64,000 bases of DNA from Myxococcota bacterium (lineage in GTDB: Bacteria > Myxococcota_A > UBA796 > GCA-2862545): positions 1 to 64,000 of the forward strand of contig JBCCQY010000016.1 in assembly GCA_039208735.1 (NCBI GenBank), written 5' to 3'. This document shows positions 39,372 through 48,432 of the stretch, piece after piece. The notes beneath the pieces were generated by a model. The model worked only from the letters and a program-made list of their open reading frames with translations, did not search any database and was not told the origin of the DNA. Position 1 is the first letter of the stretch. The number at the start of each line of letters is the position of its first letter. Position numbers and translations under genes: made by a program.

Positions 39372-40477
39372 GGGACCTCTTCGGGATCCGAGAATCTCGG
39401 ATCGGTCGTAAATCGAGTATCCGTGAGTGTTTCGAGGAAGGCGACGACGTCCTCCAGCTCCTGCTCCGTGATGGGAAACCCTCGAACAAGAGCCGACTTG
39501 AGCGGGTTCAGCCTTCCATCTCCCGCGTGGGGGCCATCCTCCACGAAACGGCCCCCGTTCGCGTAGTGCAACACCGCTTCGCGGAGTGTGGGAATGCTGC
39601 CGTCATGCATATACGGCGCCGTCAACGCTACGTTTCTCAGACTTGGGACGCGATACCGCCCCCGGTCATCGAAGTCTCCCGTGACCTCGAACAACCCCTG
39701 GTCATGGGCGGGATAGCTCCCGCTGCCGTCGACGTTGTACAGCCCGGTGTTGTGAAACTCAGGCGGGATGGGTTCGGCATTTGAGGACACGTCCCGGTAC
39801 GACGTTGTAAGAAGCGTTCCGGTGTGGCAATGAAAGCATTCCATCGGATGTCCATTGAAGAGGCTGAAGCCCCTTTGGGCCGATTCCGAAATGGCATCGG
39901 TGTCGCCTGCGATGAACCGGTCGTAGGGGCTGTCAAACGAGACCATCGACCGAAGACACGACGCCAGGCTGTTGACGATCATCGGTGTCGAGATCCCCTC
40001 TCGCCTGGCGGATGGAAAGGCTTCCTCGAAGCGCCCCATCATCTCGGGATCGTCCTCGAGAAGGCTAAGAATGCGCTGTTCGTTACCATCGTTCATCCCG
40101 AGTTCGATGGGCTCTTGGGAACGAAGCGGGACGTGGATCTGCTGCTCTAGGTCGACAAGCCCCGGGTGCGCCCACGTGAGCGACCGAGCCCAGGCGACAT
40201 TCGCAAGCCCCTGGCTGTTCCGAGGAATGGCATCACCCGTCGATCCCACGGGCCGCCCCTGTCCGTCGGCGAACGCCAACTCCTGAACGTGGCAGGACGC
40301 ACACGACTGGGTGCCGTTGCCCGACAGTCGCTCGTCGTAGAAGAGCCACCGACCAAGTTCGATGCTGGCTTCGGTCGGGAGGTTGGCTTCAGGAATAGCG
40401 GGCGTTTCAATATGCTCGGGGACCTGGAGTACTTCCCGTACCGATGCGCTCTCGCACCCAAGGAGGAAGAACCACAT
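39368..40477 (-). CDS. mbnH: MbnH-family di-heme enzyme (bCcP/MauG superfamily)
   Basis: Motifs LGRWLFYDERLS, CASCH, LTWAHP, CFHCH, FHNTGLYN, VPSLRNVALTAPYMHDGS and VLHYANGG. Adjacent to mbnP. Confidence 0.9.
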   Translation of the reverse strand: MWFFLLGCESASVREVLQVPEHIETPAIPEANLPTEASIELGRWLFYDERLSGNGTQSCASCHVQELAFADGQGRPVGSTGDAIPRNSQGLANVAWARSLTWAHPGLVDLEQQIHVPLRSQEPIELGMNDGNEQRILSLLEDDPEMMGRFEEAFPSARREGISTPMIVNSLASCLRSMVSFDSPYDRFIAGDTDAISESAQRGFSLFNGHPMECFHCHTGTLLTTSYRDVSSNAEPIPPEFHNTGLYNVDGSGSYPAHDQGLFEVTGDFDDRGRYRVPSLRNVALTAPYMHDGSIPTLREAVLHYANGGRFVEDGPHAGDGRLNPLKSALVRGFPITEQELEDVVAFLETLTDTRFTTDPRFSDPEEVP

Positions 40478-41403
40478 CAAGGAACCCGAAACACACGGTT
40501 GGATGAGACTGATGCATCGCCCTGCGAATCAATTCCCAATGCATCGAACACGGGCCCACAGTGAGGCTGGAGGGGGGCACTATGGCACTCGACTCCGGTC
40601 TGCTCTCCAATCACCTCGAAGGTCGACGCGTCGTAGACTGGGGCTCGGAAGTCAATCCCTTCGAGCAGCGTGGTCAAATCGACCTCGACGGTGTCCATCG
40701 CAGGGTCGAAATCCAGCTCGACGCGAGGGGTATTGACGAACCCGCATCGGTCCTGGCCTTGCAGCGCATTCGCCCCAGGCGCTGCACAATCCCGACTTCC
40801 GACGTGGATGTAGCCTTCGCCGCTGCCCTCTGGGCCATCTACGGCGAAGTTCCACACAAAGTGCCGATAGCCACTCGCCCACGACCAGTACATCTGATTG
40901 AGGGGAGCCGGCGCGCCTTCGAGGCTGTAGTTCGCGATGACCTCCTGCATGACGGCCTGCGGGACGCCCACCGAAAAGCGGACCGAGCGAACCTGATCAA
41001 TCGCGGTCGTCCCCGTCACGATCCCATCGACTTCGGGGGTCCCTTCGGCAAAGGTGATGCCGTCCTGCATACAGGTGCCGCTCTCGGTCCCGGTAAGATC
41101 AACAAGAGCGACATCACCCCACCGATCGGGACGCTGAAAGGGTCCTTCGTCGAACGTATGAGGAAGGACCTCGCCCGCGTCGTCGAGAAACTCCAGGTCG
41201 CTTACGTAAAAGCGAAGATCCGCGATCCGAACGGTGTATGCGCCATCTGGGCCAACGGACTCGAGCGGCACGTCGCACCCGACCCGTTGCCCATCGTGTA
41301 CCGATACGAACTCGATGCCGAACGCCTCGTCATCGGCACAGCCGATCGACAGTGCAGTAAGAAGCCAAAGATACGGAGCATGAGTCAAACGGCGGTGGTT
41401 CAT
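40477..41403 (-). CDS. mbnP: MbnP-family copper-binding protein (metallo-mystery four-Cys protein)
   Basis: Lipobox SIGC, DLRFYVS, VRFSVGVP, APAPLNQMYWSWASGYR (WxW), HVGSRDC and RC..N. GGAGG RBS before the ATG at 41403. Confidence 0.9.
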   Translation of the reverse strand: MNHRRLTHAPYLWLLTALSIGCADDEAFGIEFVSVHDGQRVGCDVPLESVGPDGAYTVRIADLRFYVSDLEFLDDAGEVLPHTFDEGPFQRPDRWGDVALVDLTGTESGTCMQDGITFAEGTPEVDGIVTGTTAIDQVRSVRFSVGVPQAVMQEVIANYSLEGAPAPLNQMYWSWASGYRHFVWNFAVDGPEGSGEGYIHVGSRDCAAPGANALQGQDRCGFVNTPRVELDFDPAMDTVEVDLTTLLEGIDFRAPVYDASTFEVIGEQTGVECHSAPLQPHCGPVFDALGIDSQGDASVSSNRVFRVP

Positions 41404-41416
41404 GAAATCCTCCGAA

Positions 41417-43072
41417 TCAGTTGGATGCATCGATGTGGAAGCCGCCGGCGTAGAGGACCTCAGCCTGGCCGAGATCGGAGGTCACCGTCGTTTTCCCGTC
41501 GAACGTTCCGAACACCGCAGTTCCGGAGGGTGAGCCCGTCCAGTCGGATTCCACGACGAGGTTTCCAAAGTCGACCGTGAGCACGCCACCATTGGGATCG
41601 CCGGAGAGCGTGATGGGCTTAGGGTCAGGACCGAAGAAGGCCGTCAGCGCACCCTGCAGCGTACAAGCCCCCATGCCGGTCACTGCAGGCGAATCCCCTG
41701 AATTCGTCAGTGTCCCAAGGCAGCCGTCCTCGATGAACGTGCCTGCAGCTTCGGAGGCGAAGTTCAGCTGGAAGCCGCCAGAGGGCAACGTGGTCGGGTC
41801 AACGGGCTCAGCCTGGAGCGGGTTTACGTCTTCCTCGAGCTGGCGAACCAGCGTGAAGAAAACGCACATCTCCTCATCCGTGCGCTCACCGAAGCGGGTG
41901 TCCACCGGTTTGCCAGTAATCTCTGGGTTGGATGAGGAGTTATTCCAAACGCACGTGTACTCCATGCGGTCGTCAGGACTCAATGCCAGCGGCTCGGAAA
42001 ACTGGTAGGTGAGCTGGTTGTCGAAGTCGTAAGCACCGTCGACAACGCAGATGTCTGTTCCATCGGGGCGAAGGACACGGGCGTAGAACCGGTCGCCGAG
42101 CGTGTGCATGTGTGGGAAGACGCCGAGGATCTCTTCCTCGACGCGCGGTGAATAGACGCCGCTCTCGGCGTGCTCGGCGTCGCCCGCAGGAATCAGGAAC
42201 TCGGCGACGCCGGCTTGCTTGGTCTGCGCCAGCGTGCCGACCGAAGGTGCGGTGCGAAAGGCGTAGCCGGATTGATCAGCCACCCCCTCGGAACCTGGGC
42301 TCTGAAAGTAGTGAATCTGAAGGACCAGGACCTGATCTTCCCGCACCCGCACGCCGGTGTCCGGTGGAAGCTCGACGGGAAGCATCCCTGGGGCCCAGGC
42401 CACCACGGTGTCTCCATTCGCCTCGACCGTGGCCCCGCCCATGCAGTTGTAGCCAGTGGGCGCCCGTTCTTCGGGCGTCAGTTCGCTTCGATCCTTCACC
42501 AGCAACACGGCGTGGTGGAGGATGGACGTTTGGTCAACGATGGGCGCCATGGCCGTGAGATAAAAGTCGGCGTCATGGTGGGATTCCAGGACGAAGCACC
42601 GATACTCGTTGTCCACATTTTCCGGATCCGCGTACACGGGCGTATACGGCGCGGGAATGCGAAGCTCCAAGTCGGGACTGTCGAGCTCTCCGGACTGAGG
42701 TTCAACCGGCCTGGAGTCAGCCGGGTCGCCGAGAACCGCGCCACCTTCGACCCACGCAGCAAGGATGTCCCGTTCTTCGAAATCGAGACTCATCGCGTCG
42801 GCCCCCAGGTACTCCCGACACGAGGGGTCCGAGGTGGGCGGAGGCATGCGGCCCGCATCGATCGCCGACAGCATCAAGGACGCAAAGTCGACCGCCTGCT
42901 CGGGGTCCGTGAAGTCCCCTACGCCAAGTCCGTCTGCATTGTGACACCGCATACAGTGCTGCGCGACGATGGGCTCGGCGTCCGCGTACCAGGTGACCTC
43001 GCCGGACGGCTCCCCTCCGCTGCAACCTAAGGCCCCCCACGCGAGCGCCATCGCCAAAGTCATCCTTCGCAT
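41417..43072 (-). CDS. Lipoprotein: c-type heme domain plus PHM/DbM-type (copper type II) monooxygenase
   Basis: Lipobox ALGC and heme motif CMRCH...RMPP. CuH ligands ILHHAVL and LQIHY; CuM ligands FPHMH and DEEMC. GGAGG RBS. Confidence 0.88.
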   Translation of the reverse strand: MRRMTLAMALAWGALGCSGGEPSGEVTWYADAEPIVAQHCMRCHNADGLGVGDFTDPEQAVDFASLMLSAIDAGRMPPPTSDPSCREYLGADAMSLDFEERDILAAWVEGGAVLGDPADSRPVEPQSGELDSPDLELRIPAPYTPVYADPENVDNEYRCFVLESHHDADFYLTAMAPIVDQTSILHHAVLLVKDRSELTPEERAPTGYNCMGGATVEANGDTVVAWAPGMLPVELPPDTGVRVREDQVLVLQIHYFQSPGSEGVADQSGYAFRTAPSVGTLAQTKQAGVAEFLIPAGDAEHAESGVYSPRVEEEILGVFPHMHTLGDRFYARVLRPDGTDICVVDGAYDFDNQLTYQFSEPLALSPDDRMEYTCVWNNSSSNPEITGKPVDTRFGERTDEEMCVFFTLVRQLEEDVNPLQAEPVDPTTLPSGGFQLNFASEAAGTFIEDGCLGTLTNSGDSPAVTGMGACTLQGALTAFFGPDPKPITLSGDPNGGVLTVDFGNLVVESDWTGSPSGTAVFGTFDGKTTVTSDLGQAEVLYAGGFHIDASN

Positions 43073-43132
43073 CTGCTGGTCCTCCCTTGGCGAGCCTGGC
43101 TCGCCTCGACATGACCCTACTGGGGCCGAACC

Positions 43133-43159
43133 CTCTTTGCAACTCAGAGTTGCAAAGAG
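43133..43159. promoter_or_regulatory. Perfect 13-1-13 inverted repeat, putative operator
   Basis: CTCTTTGCAACTC-A-GAGTTGCAAAGAG lies in the divergent intergenic region, about 60 nt upstream of the monooxygenase start. Confidence 0.75.
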
Positions 43160-43246
43160 CACTCAGCAAAAGCCATCCCTGACGACCGCACCAAGGTTCG
43201 TGACGCGTCGACGCGACAAGGGACTACCTGGGTTGAGGAGGGTGTG

Positions 43247-44362
43247 ATGTCGAAGTGGACCCGATGGGCCGCGATCATTTTGGGTGGGCTTGGGCTGCTG
43301 TGCACCGGCGGCGTCGTCGCGGGCTGGTCCATGCTCACGGTGATGGTCGACGCCGTCCAGATGACCATGGAGGAGCCCGACTGGGCCGAGATCGGCGATG
43401 CCGACAAGGTTCTTGGCTACCTCGAAGCCCACCCCGACACCTTCAGTCTTGTTGCCTACGCGGTCGATGAAGCGGGGCAGCCCATGGCCGACACCCTGAT
43501 CGAGTACGCACCCGACAAGCCTTTGGTGCTCGCCAGCACCATGAAGATCGTGGTGCTCTCGGCCCTCGCCCGGGCCATCGACGAAGGAGCCATCGATGCA
43601 GACGCTCCGATCGGGTTGGCCGATTGGGACCGCTACTACCTGCGAGGTCTCGATGGCGGGGCGCACCCCAAGGCCTACGATCTGCTCGACGTCCCCCATG
43701 ACGATGGACGAGCCACGGACACCAGCGGACAGGCCCCTGCCCGCGATGTGGCGCGCATGATGATCGAGGTCTCCGACAACGCGGCGACCGACGTACTCGT
43801 GACCCAGCTCGGCGACCGAATGACGGCGGAGACCTCACAAGTGCCTGGCCACGATCCCATCGGGCCCATCGCGCCCGTGATGGCCCATGGTCTCACGAGC
43901 GAAACCCCGTGCGAAACCCCGGTCCCTCCGGGGCTGACCATCGACAATCCGCCGCTCAAGACGATTTCGTTTCAGCGCACCATCGCGCACTGTCTGTTTC
44001 CGCGCGGAACCGCCGCCTCCTACACGGCGTTGATGGCGGCGGTGGGTACCGGACAGCACATTTCCGCGGGTGCCTCGCAGTTCATGACCGACGCGCTCGA
44101 TTGGCCCATGGCCTTCGAGGGCAACCAGGAGCGGTTTGCAACGTTCCTCACGAAGGGTGGCTCGCTGCCTGGGGTGCTCACCGAAGCGAGCTTCATTGGG
44201 CGCAAGAATGGCGAACGCTGGGTCGTGGCGTTGTTCCTCAATGACATGAGTGGGTCGGCGTGGTTTGCCCTCCTCCAGAGTTTCGCCCAACAACAGTTCA
44301 TCGTAAAACTGGTGGAGGATGCGACATTTCGCGATGAGGTCCGGCGACGACTGATGGACTGA
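43247..44362 (+). CDS. Serine hydrolase, class A beta-lactamase-like fold, N-terminal TM
   Basis: SxxK (LASTMK), SDN and KGG motifs. Confidence 0.85.
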   Translation: MSKWTRWAAIILGGLGLLCTGGVVAGWSMLTVMVDAVQMTMEEPDWAEIGDADKVLGYLEAHPDTFSLVAYAVDEAGQPMADTLIEYAPDKPLVLASTMKIVVLSALARAIDEGAIDADAPIGLADWDRYYLRGLDGGAHPKAYDLLDVPHDDGRATDTSGQAPARDVARMMIEVSDNAATDVLVTQLGDRMTAETSQVPGHDPIGPIAPVMAHGLTSETPCETPVPPGLTIDNPPLKTISFQRTIAHCLFPRGTAASYTALMAAVGTGQHISAGASQFMTDALDWPMAFEGNQERFATFLTKGGSLPGVLTEASFIGRKNGERWVVALFLNDMSGSAWFALLQSFAQQQFIVKLVEDATFRDEVRRRLMD

Positions 44363-44394
44363 CGGCCACCTTACGACGCCTCCAAGGAGGCATC

Positions 44395-45126
44395 GTGAAC
44401 GAGGTCATCGAGCTGCTGATGCAGCATCGCTCCATCCGAGCGTTCAAACCCGAACCTGTGCCGGACGCCCATATTGAGACCGCCGTGGCCGCGGGCCAGG
44501 CCGCCTCGACCAGTTCCGCGGTCCAGGCCTACAGCTTGCTCCAGATCACCGATCCCACCGTCCGGAAGCGGCTCGTCGAACTCACCGGGGGGCAGACGAA
44601 GGTGGCCTCGTCAGGTGCCTTCTTCATCGTGCTTGGCGACAGTCGTCGCCATCGGATTGCGGCTGACGCCCACGACACAGCCTACGACGCCCGCCTCGAA
44701 GCCTTTCTCGTGGCCACGGTGGACGCGTCGTTGTTCGCCCAAAACCTGTGCATCGCCTTTGAGTCGATGGGGTACGGCATTTGCTACATCGGTGGCCTAC
44801 GCAACCAGCTCGACGAGGTCGATGCGATGTTGGGACTGCCCGAAGGGGTCTACGCCCTGTACGGATTGTGCGTCGGCGTGCCAGACCAGGCCCCCACGGC
44901 CCGACCTCGCCTCGCCCCCCGTGCGGTGTGGATGAAGGACCGGTATGCGGACGATTCCACCGTCCAGGCCGACCTCGACGCCTACGACAAGGAGTACCGC
45001 GAGTACCGAAAGGCTCGAGGGGCGAGCGACGACGGCTGGTCAACGATTGTGGCCACGTCACACGCCAAACCGAAGCGGGTGTACCTCGCCGAGTATTACC
45101 GCAAGAAGGGTGCGCGGCTCGACTAA
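44395..45126 (+). CDS. nfsA: NfsA/NfrA-family NADPH-dependent nitro/flavin reductase
   Basis: Motifs HRSIRAF, ASTSSAVQAYS, ESMGYGICYIGGLRN and RPRL. Confidence 0.9.
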   Translation: MNEVIELLMQHRSIRAFKPEPVPDAHIETAVAAGQAASTSSAVQAYSLLQITDPTVRKRLVELTGGQTKVASSGAFFIVLGDSRRHRIAADAHDTAYDARLEAFLVATVDASLFAQNLCIAFESMGYGICYIGGLRNQLDEVDAMLGLPEGVYALYGLCVGVPDQAPTARPRLAPRAVWMKDRYADDSTVQADLDAYDKEYREYRKARGASDDGWSTIVATSHAKPKRVYLAEYYRKKGARLD

Positions 45127-47657
45127 CGGCCCACCCGTAGGTTGGCGTCGCCGTAGAACGCATAGGCGAGGAACGTGGGATCGCCGTTGCTCTTCACCTC
45201 GGCCCGCACGTCGCGCAGCACGTCCGCCACCGCGACCGTGCGCTGGGCCTTGATCCGCTCGTCGAGCACCTCGTAGAACCGCGAGGCGAACGCCGCGGCG
45301 CCTGCGTCATCGAGCGGCCAAAGGCCCCCGATGTAGCCGCTGGCTCCCGTCTCGAGCACCGCGGGCGCCCAGCCGTCCACGAACCCCGCAACCGCGTCGG
45401 TCCGCCCAATGTCGCAGGCGTTGAAGAACACCAGCGGATGGGTTCGCAAGACGGGAGCCAGACCACGCCAGGCCTGGGGCGCCATGGGGCCGTCCTCGAG
45501 TTCCAGGGCGTAGCGAGGGACGTCACCGGGGGCGATGGTGCCGTGTCCCGCGAAGTGGACGATGCCCCGGGGCCCTGACTTGAGCAGCGAGGCCACGTCG
45601 TCGAACGCCCCCCCAATCCGACGGAAGCCCGGCCACTGTCCCAGCGCCTCCAACTCCGCAGCCTGGCTGGGAAGCGCCTGGTTTGCAGGGTACTCGGGGG
45701 CAATCGCCGTCAACTGCGCGACAGGCAGGGAACTCGGAGGGTCGGGGAGGGTGGCATCGAACCCTTGGGTCACATGCCAACGGGCGAATCGGGCCGCCAC
45801 CCCGAGGAACTCGCCGGGCTCCTCGCCACATCGCATGCGCGCAAGCTCCCAGGGAATCACGGTCTCGTTGGTGTAGAGCTGGACGGACTCCCACTCCGTG
45901 CCCAACGTCGCCTGGGCGTTGCACAGCGCTTCGCGCACCGGCTTAGGGACGAGCTTGGCCCAGATCTCATCGCCAAGCCCGTCGAGGGTGGCGGGCATCG
46001 CGCCTGCACCTTTTCGATCGAGCCCCCGCGTGACGCCCGCCGACTGGAGCCGGGTGCGTACCCAGGCCTCCCGGCCGGGAGGAAGGTCCACGAAGTCGAC
46101 CGCAATGGCCTCCTGACCGCGCGTCTTCACGATGACCTGAGCCACGTCCTCCCCAAACCGCTTGTCGGTCACCAGCACGATGAGCACATCCGCGACCGTT
46201 TCGCGACGTTCGGGATCCACCACAGGTCCTGACGGCACGGTGCCCAGCCCTCCCAGCGGCTCACCCGCCACCCGAAATCGTCGGGCAATACGGGCAAAGC
46301 CGCTCGAACCGGGCATGGGATCATGAAAGAACAGCCAGGCTTCAACCGCGGGTGCGCCGTTGGGCGTCGGCTCGCGGAGGGTCAAGGAAAAGCGGGCCGG
46401 CGTCGAGTCACCGCTTGGGTACAATTGCATCGTCTGTTCGAGAACGGGCACATCAAAACCGGGTGCCGACAGCACGACATCGACCAACGCGGAGCCCTCG
46501 TTTGGAAGAGGAACCGCCAAGGCACCGCCTTCTCCTGCCCCCTCAATCACGCCGACCTCGCCGTCCCCCAACTCCCCAGCTTTCAGGGCGCGGCCCAACG
46601 CGACGACGTCCTGCCGCTGCAGGTCTGCAAGCTGGACCACCAGGGGAAACGACTGTCCCACCTCGATGGTGTCGGGTCCCGACATCACTGGCCACCGATC
46701 CGCGTTGGTGTTGGGACTCTGTGGGTCGACGCCACCAATCTTGGGCAGCCCGCCCCGCAACACCGCGATCGTCCCGTCGAGAACCTGTCCGCGAACCTCG
46801 GACCGTTCATCCCGCACGGTGCCCACCGCCGGGTCGTCGCTGCGCGCCAGCCAGACCATGCCTCCAAACCAGGGTGCGAGCTGGTCCATCGCCTGGATGA
46901 GACGATCCACCGGCACCTGGCCGCCGGCCTTCACCACAGGCGCGGCGTCGGTCACCAGGCCCGAAACCCGGGCCAACGTGCTCGTAAGTGGCACCCAGTC
47001 GTCAACCTGCACCATCACATCGATGCCCAATCCATCGAGCCGCGCGGTCTCGCCGGCCAGCTCCATGACCGGCCCCCCGGTCCGCAAGGACCGCAAGGCT
47101 CGCACGACCGATCCCGACCCGGGCGACCGCGAAGGGTCGCCGCTTCGCCGTTCGGGCTCGGCATCGTCGACGAGAAACCAGAACTCGGAGAACTGAGCCT
47201 GGCCCGCGGAGTAGATCGCTGCACTTACCGTGTCGTAGGGGACCCGTCGGTCAACCACCACGAGCAGGTCGGGGCGCCACGGGGTGGCATTACCCGGGCA
47301 GGCGGCTTGGATCTGCTTGATCAGCTTCACGTGGCCGGACAAGGCATCAAAGACCGGCGGAAGGAGCAAGGACGTCGTGTCCTCCCGCATCCCCTTCTTC
47401 AGGGGAAGCACAGACTCTCCGACGACGGCAATTCCGTCGAGGCCAATCTCCAGCGTCAGGGGCCGGACGTACCGGCTCTGGTCGCCCCGCTCGCAGGCGT
47501 CGGTGAGCACGGCCTCCAAATCCGCATCTGGCCCGGCGACCGGGTAGGCGAAGCTCGAGGCCGAACGCGACTCCGCGTGGGTTGCGACGGGCAGAGCCAC
47601 GGGCAGGGTCACGGCCGGCGGTGTGGAGGTGGTGCAGGCAGCCAGAAACAGCAACAT
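45123..47657 (-). CDS. Lipoprotein with ExbD/AglS-like domains and C-terminal CHAT protease
   Basis: Lipobox LAAC and VDRRVPYDTVSAAIYSAGQAQF. CHAT motifs IPWEL, HFAGHG, FFNAC and GGLWPLDD..A..FA..FY. Confidence 0.85.
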   Translation of the reverse strand: MLLFLAACTTSTPPAVTLPVALPVATHAESRSASSFAYPVAGPDADLEAVLTDACERGDQSRYVRPLTLEIGLDGIAVVGESVLPLKKGMREDTTSLLLPPVFDALSGHVKLIKQIQAACPGNATPWRPDLLVVVDRRVPYDTVSAAIYSAGQAQFSEFWFLVDDAEPERRSGDPSRSPGSGSVVRALRSLRTGGPVMELAGETARLDGLGIDVMVQVDDWVPLTSTLARVSGLVTDAAPVVKAGGQVPVDRLIQAMDQLAPWFGGMVWLARSDDPAVGTVRDERSEVRGQVLDGTIAVLRGGLPKIGGVDPQSPNTNADRWPVMSGPDTIEVGQSFPLVVQLADLQRQDVVALGRALKAGELGDGEVGVIEGAGEGGALAVPLPNEGSALVDVVLSAPGFDVPVLEQTMQLYPSGDSTPARFSLTLREPTPNGAPAVEAWLFFHDPMPGSSGFARIARRFRVAGEPLGGLGTVPSGPVVDPERRETVADVLIVLVTDKRFGEDVAQVIVKTRGQEAIAVDFVDLPPGREAWVRTRLQSAGVTRGLDRKGAGAMPATLDGLGDEIWAKLVPKPVREALCNAQATLGTEWESVQLYTNETVIPWELARMRCGEEPGEFLGVAARFARWHVTQGFDATLPDPPSSLPVAQLTAIAPEYPANQALPSQAAELEALGQWPGFRRIGGAFDDVASLLKSGPRGIVHFAGHGTIAPGDVPRYALELEDGPMAPQAWRGLAPVLRTHPLVFFNACDIGRTDAVAGFVDGWAPAVLETGASGYIGGLWPLDDAGAAAFASRFYEVLDERIKAQRTVAVADVLRDVRAEVKSNGDPTFLAYAFYGDANLRVGR

Positions 47658-47732
47658 CGGAAGCCTCCGCGGACGGTGCATCGGCCTAACGCATCGAGGC
47701 ACCGTCACGAGGAAGGGGCGTCCCCAACGGCT

Positions 47733-48248
47733 TTAGTTCCGCGTTCCCTCTTCCCGAATCAACGTGTAGGTGACCGCGCGACGTCGGTCTTCCCACGTCG
47801 TGGCGTGGCGAAGGTCAGGCGCTTCGGTGGTGGCAACATCCCAGGCCCCCGAGTCCTGAAACGCCAGGGCGTTCCAGATCTGCCGATGCGCAGGTTGCGG
47901 TGCGGACGGGTCCAGCGAGGCGCCGAGCGCCCGATGACAGGCTGCGCAGTACGCCGTGAGCTCGGTGAGCTGCTCGGCCCCATCGGACAGCGAAGGGGTA
48001 TTCGCCAGCTGCTTCGCCTCGGTCCGCATCCGCACGAGATGCGGGTACGCATGGCTTGGAAGCCCCGGAACAGGGTCTCGAAAACTCAACGCGCGTCCCG
48101 CCGCCCGAAGTCCATCCAGATCGCCCGCCTGGATGGCCGCCGTGGCTTCGTGCAGGGCGGCCTCGTGATCTGCCATTTCCTGAAGACGCAACGCTTGAGA
48201 GGAACGCGACCCTCCGCAGCCCATCAACAACAAGAAGACCGGAAACAT
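47733..48248 (-). CDS. Class II (cytochrome c'-like) c-type cytochrome lipoprotein
   Basis: Lipobox LMGC, helical bundle, early MADH and CAACH. Confidence 0.75.
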   Translation of the reverse strand: MFPVFLLLMGCGGSRSSQALRLQEMADHEAALHEATAAIQAGDLDGLRAAGRALSFRDPVPGLPSHAYPHLVRMRTEAKQLANTPSLSDGAEQLTELTAYCAACHRALGASLDPSAPQPAHRQIWNALAFQDSGAWDVATTEAPDLRHATTWEDRRRAVTYTLIREEGTRN

Positions 48249-48432
48249 GGGCTCTCCATGTGAACGTGATCGTTCGGCGCTTCCGCAAACCACCGTTCTG
48301 CAACGACCGCGCCAACGGCCAAGCGACAGATGCCGCCCGGAACCCACGTTCTCTGCTGGGGCATTCCACACACCCCTGGGCAATCCGGCCCATCCAAGGC
48401 CCCTTGGGCACCGGTAGGACAAGGCTTCGCGT

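Noticed and set aside
39368..41403. Methanobactin biosynthetic cluster
   Set aside because: There is no mbnA precursor, mbnB/C or TonB-dependent receptor in the window. Only the mbnPH pair is present.
43204..43215. 12-bp palindrome CGCGTCGACGCG
   Set aside because: It is almost entirely GC and built on the very frequent GTCGAC word, so it is likely chance.
43247..44362. Class A beta-lactamase resistance gene
   Set aside because: It has SxxK, SDN and KGG but no recognisable omega-loop ExxLN, so it is called only a serine hydrolase.
45123..47657. CRISPR-associated (Craspase-type) or TPR-CHAT defence system
   Set aside because: There are no cas genes, array, TPRs or obvious substrate/effector gene nearby.
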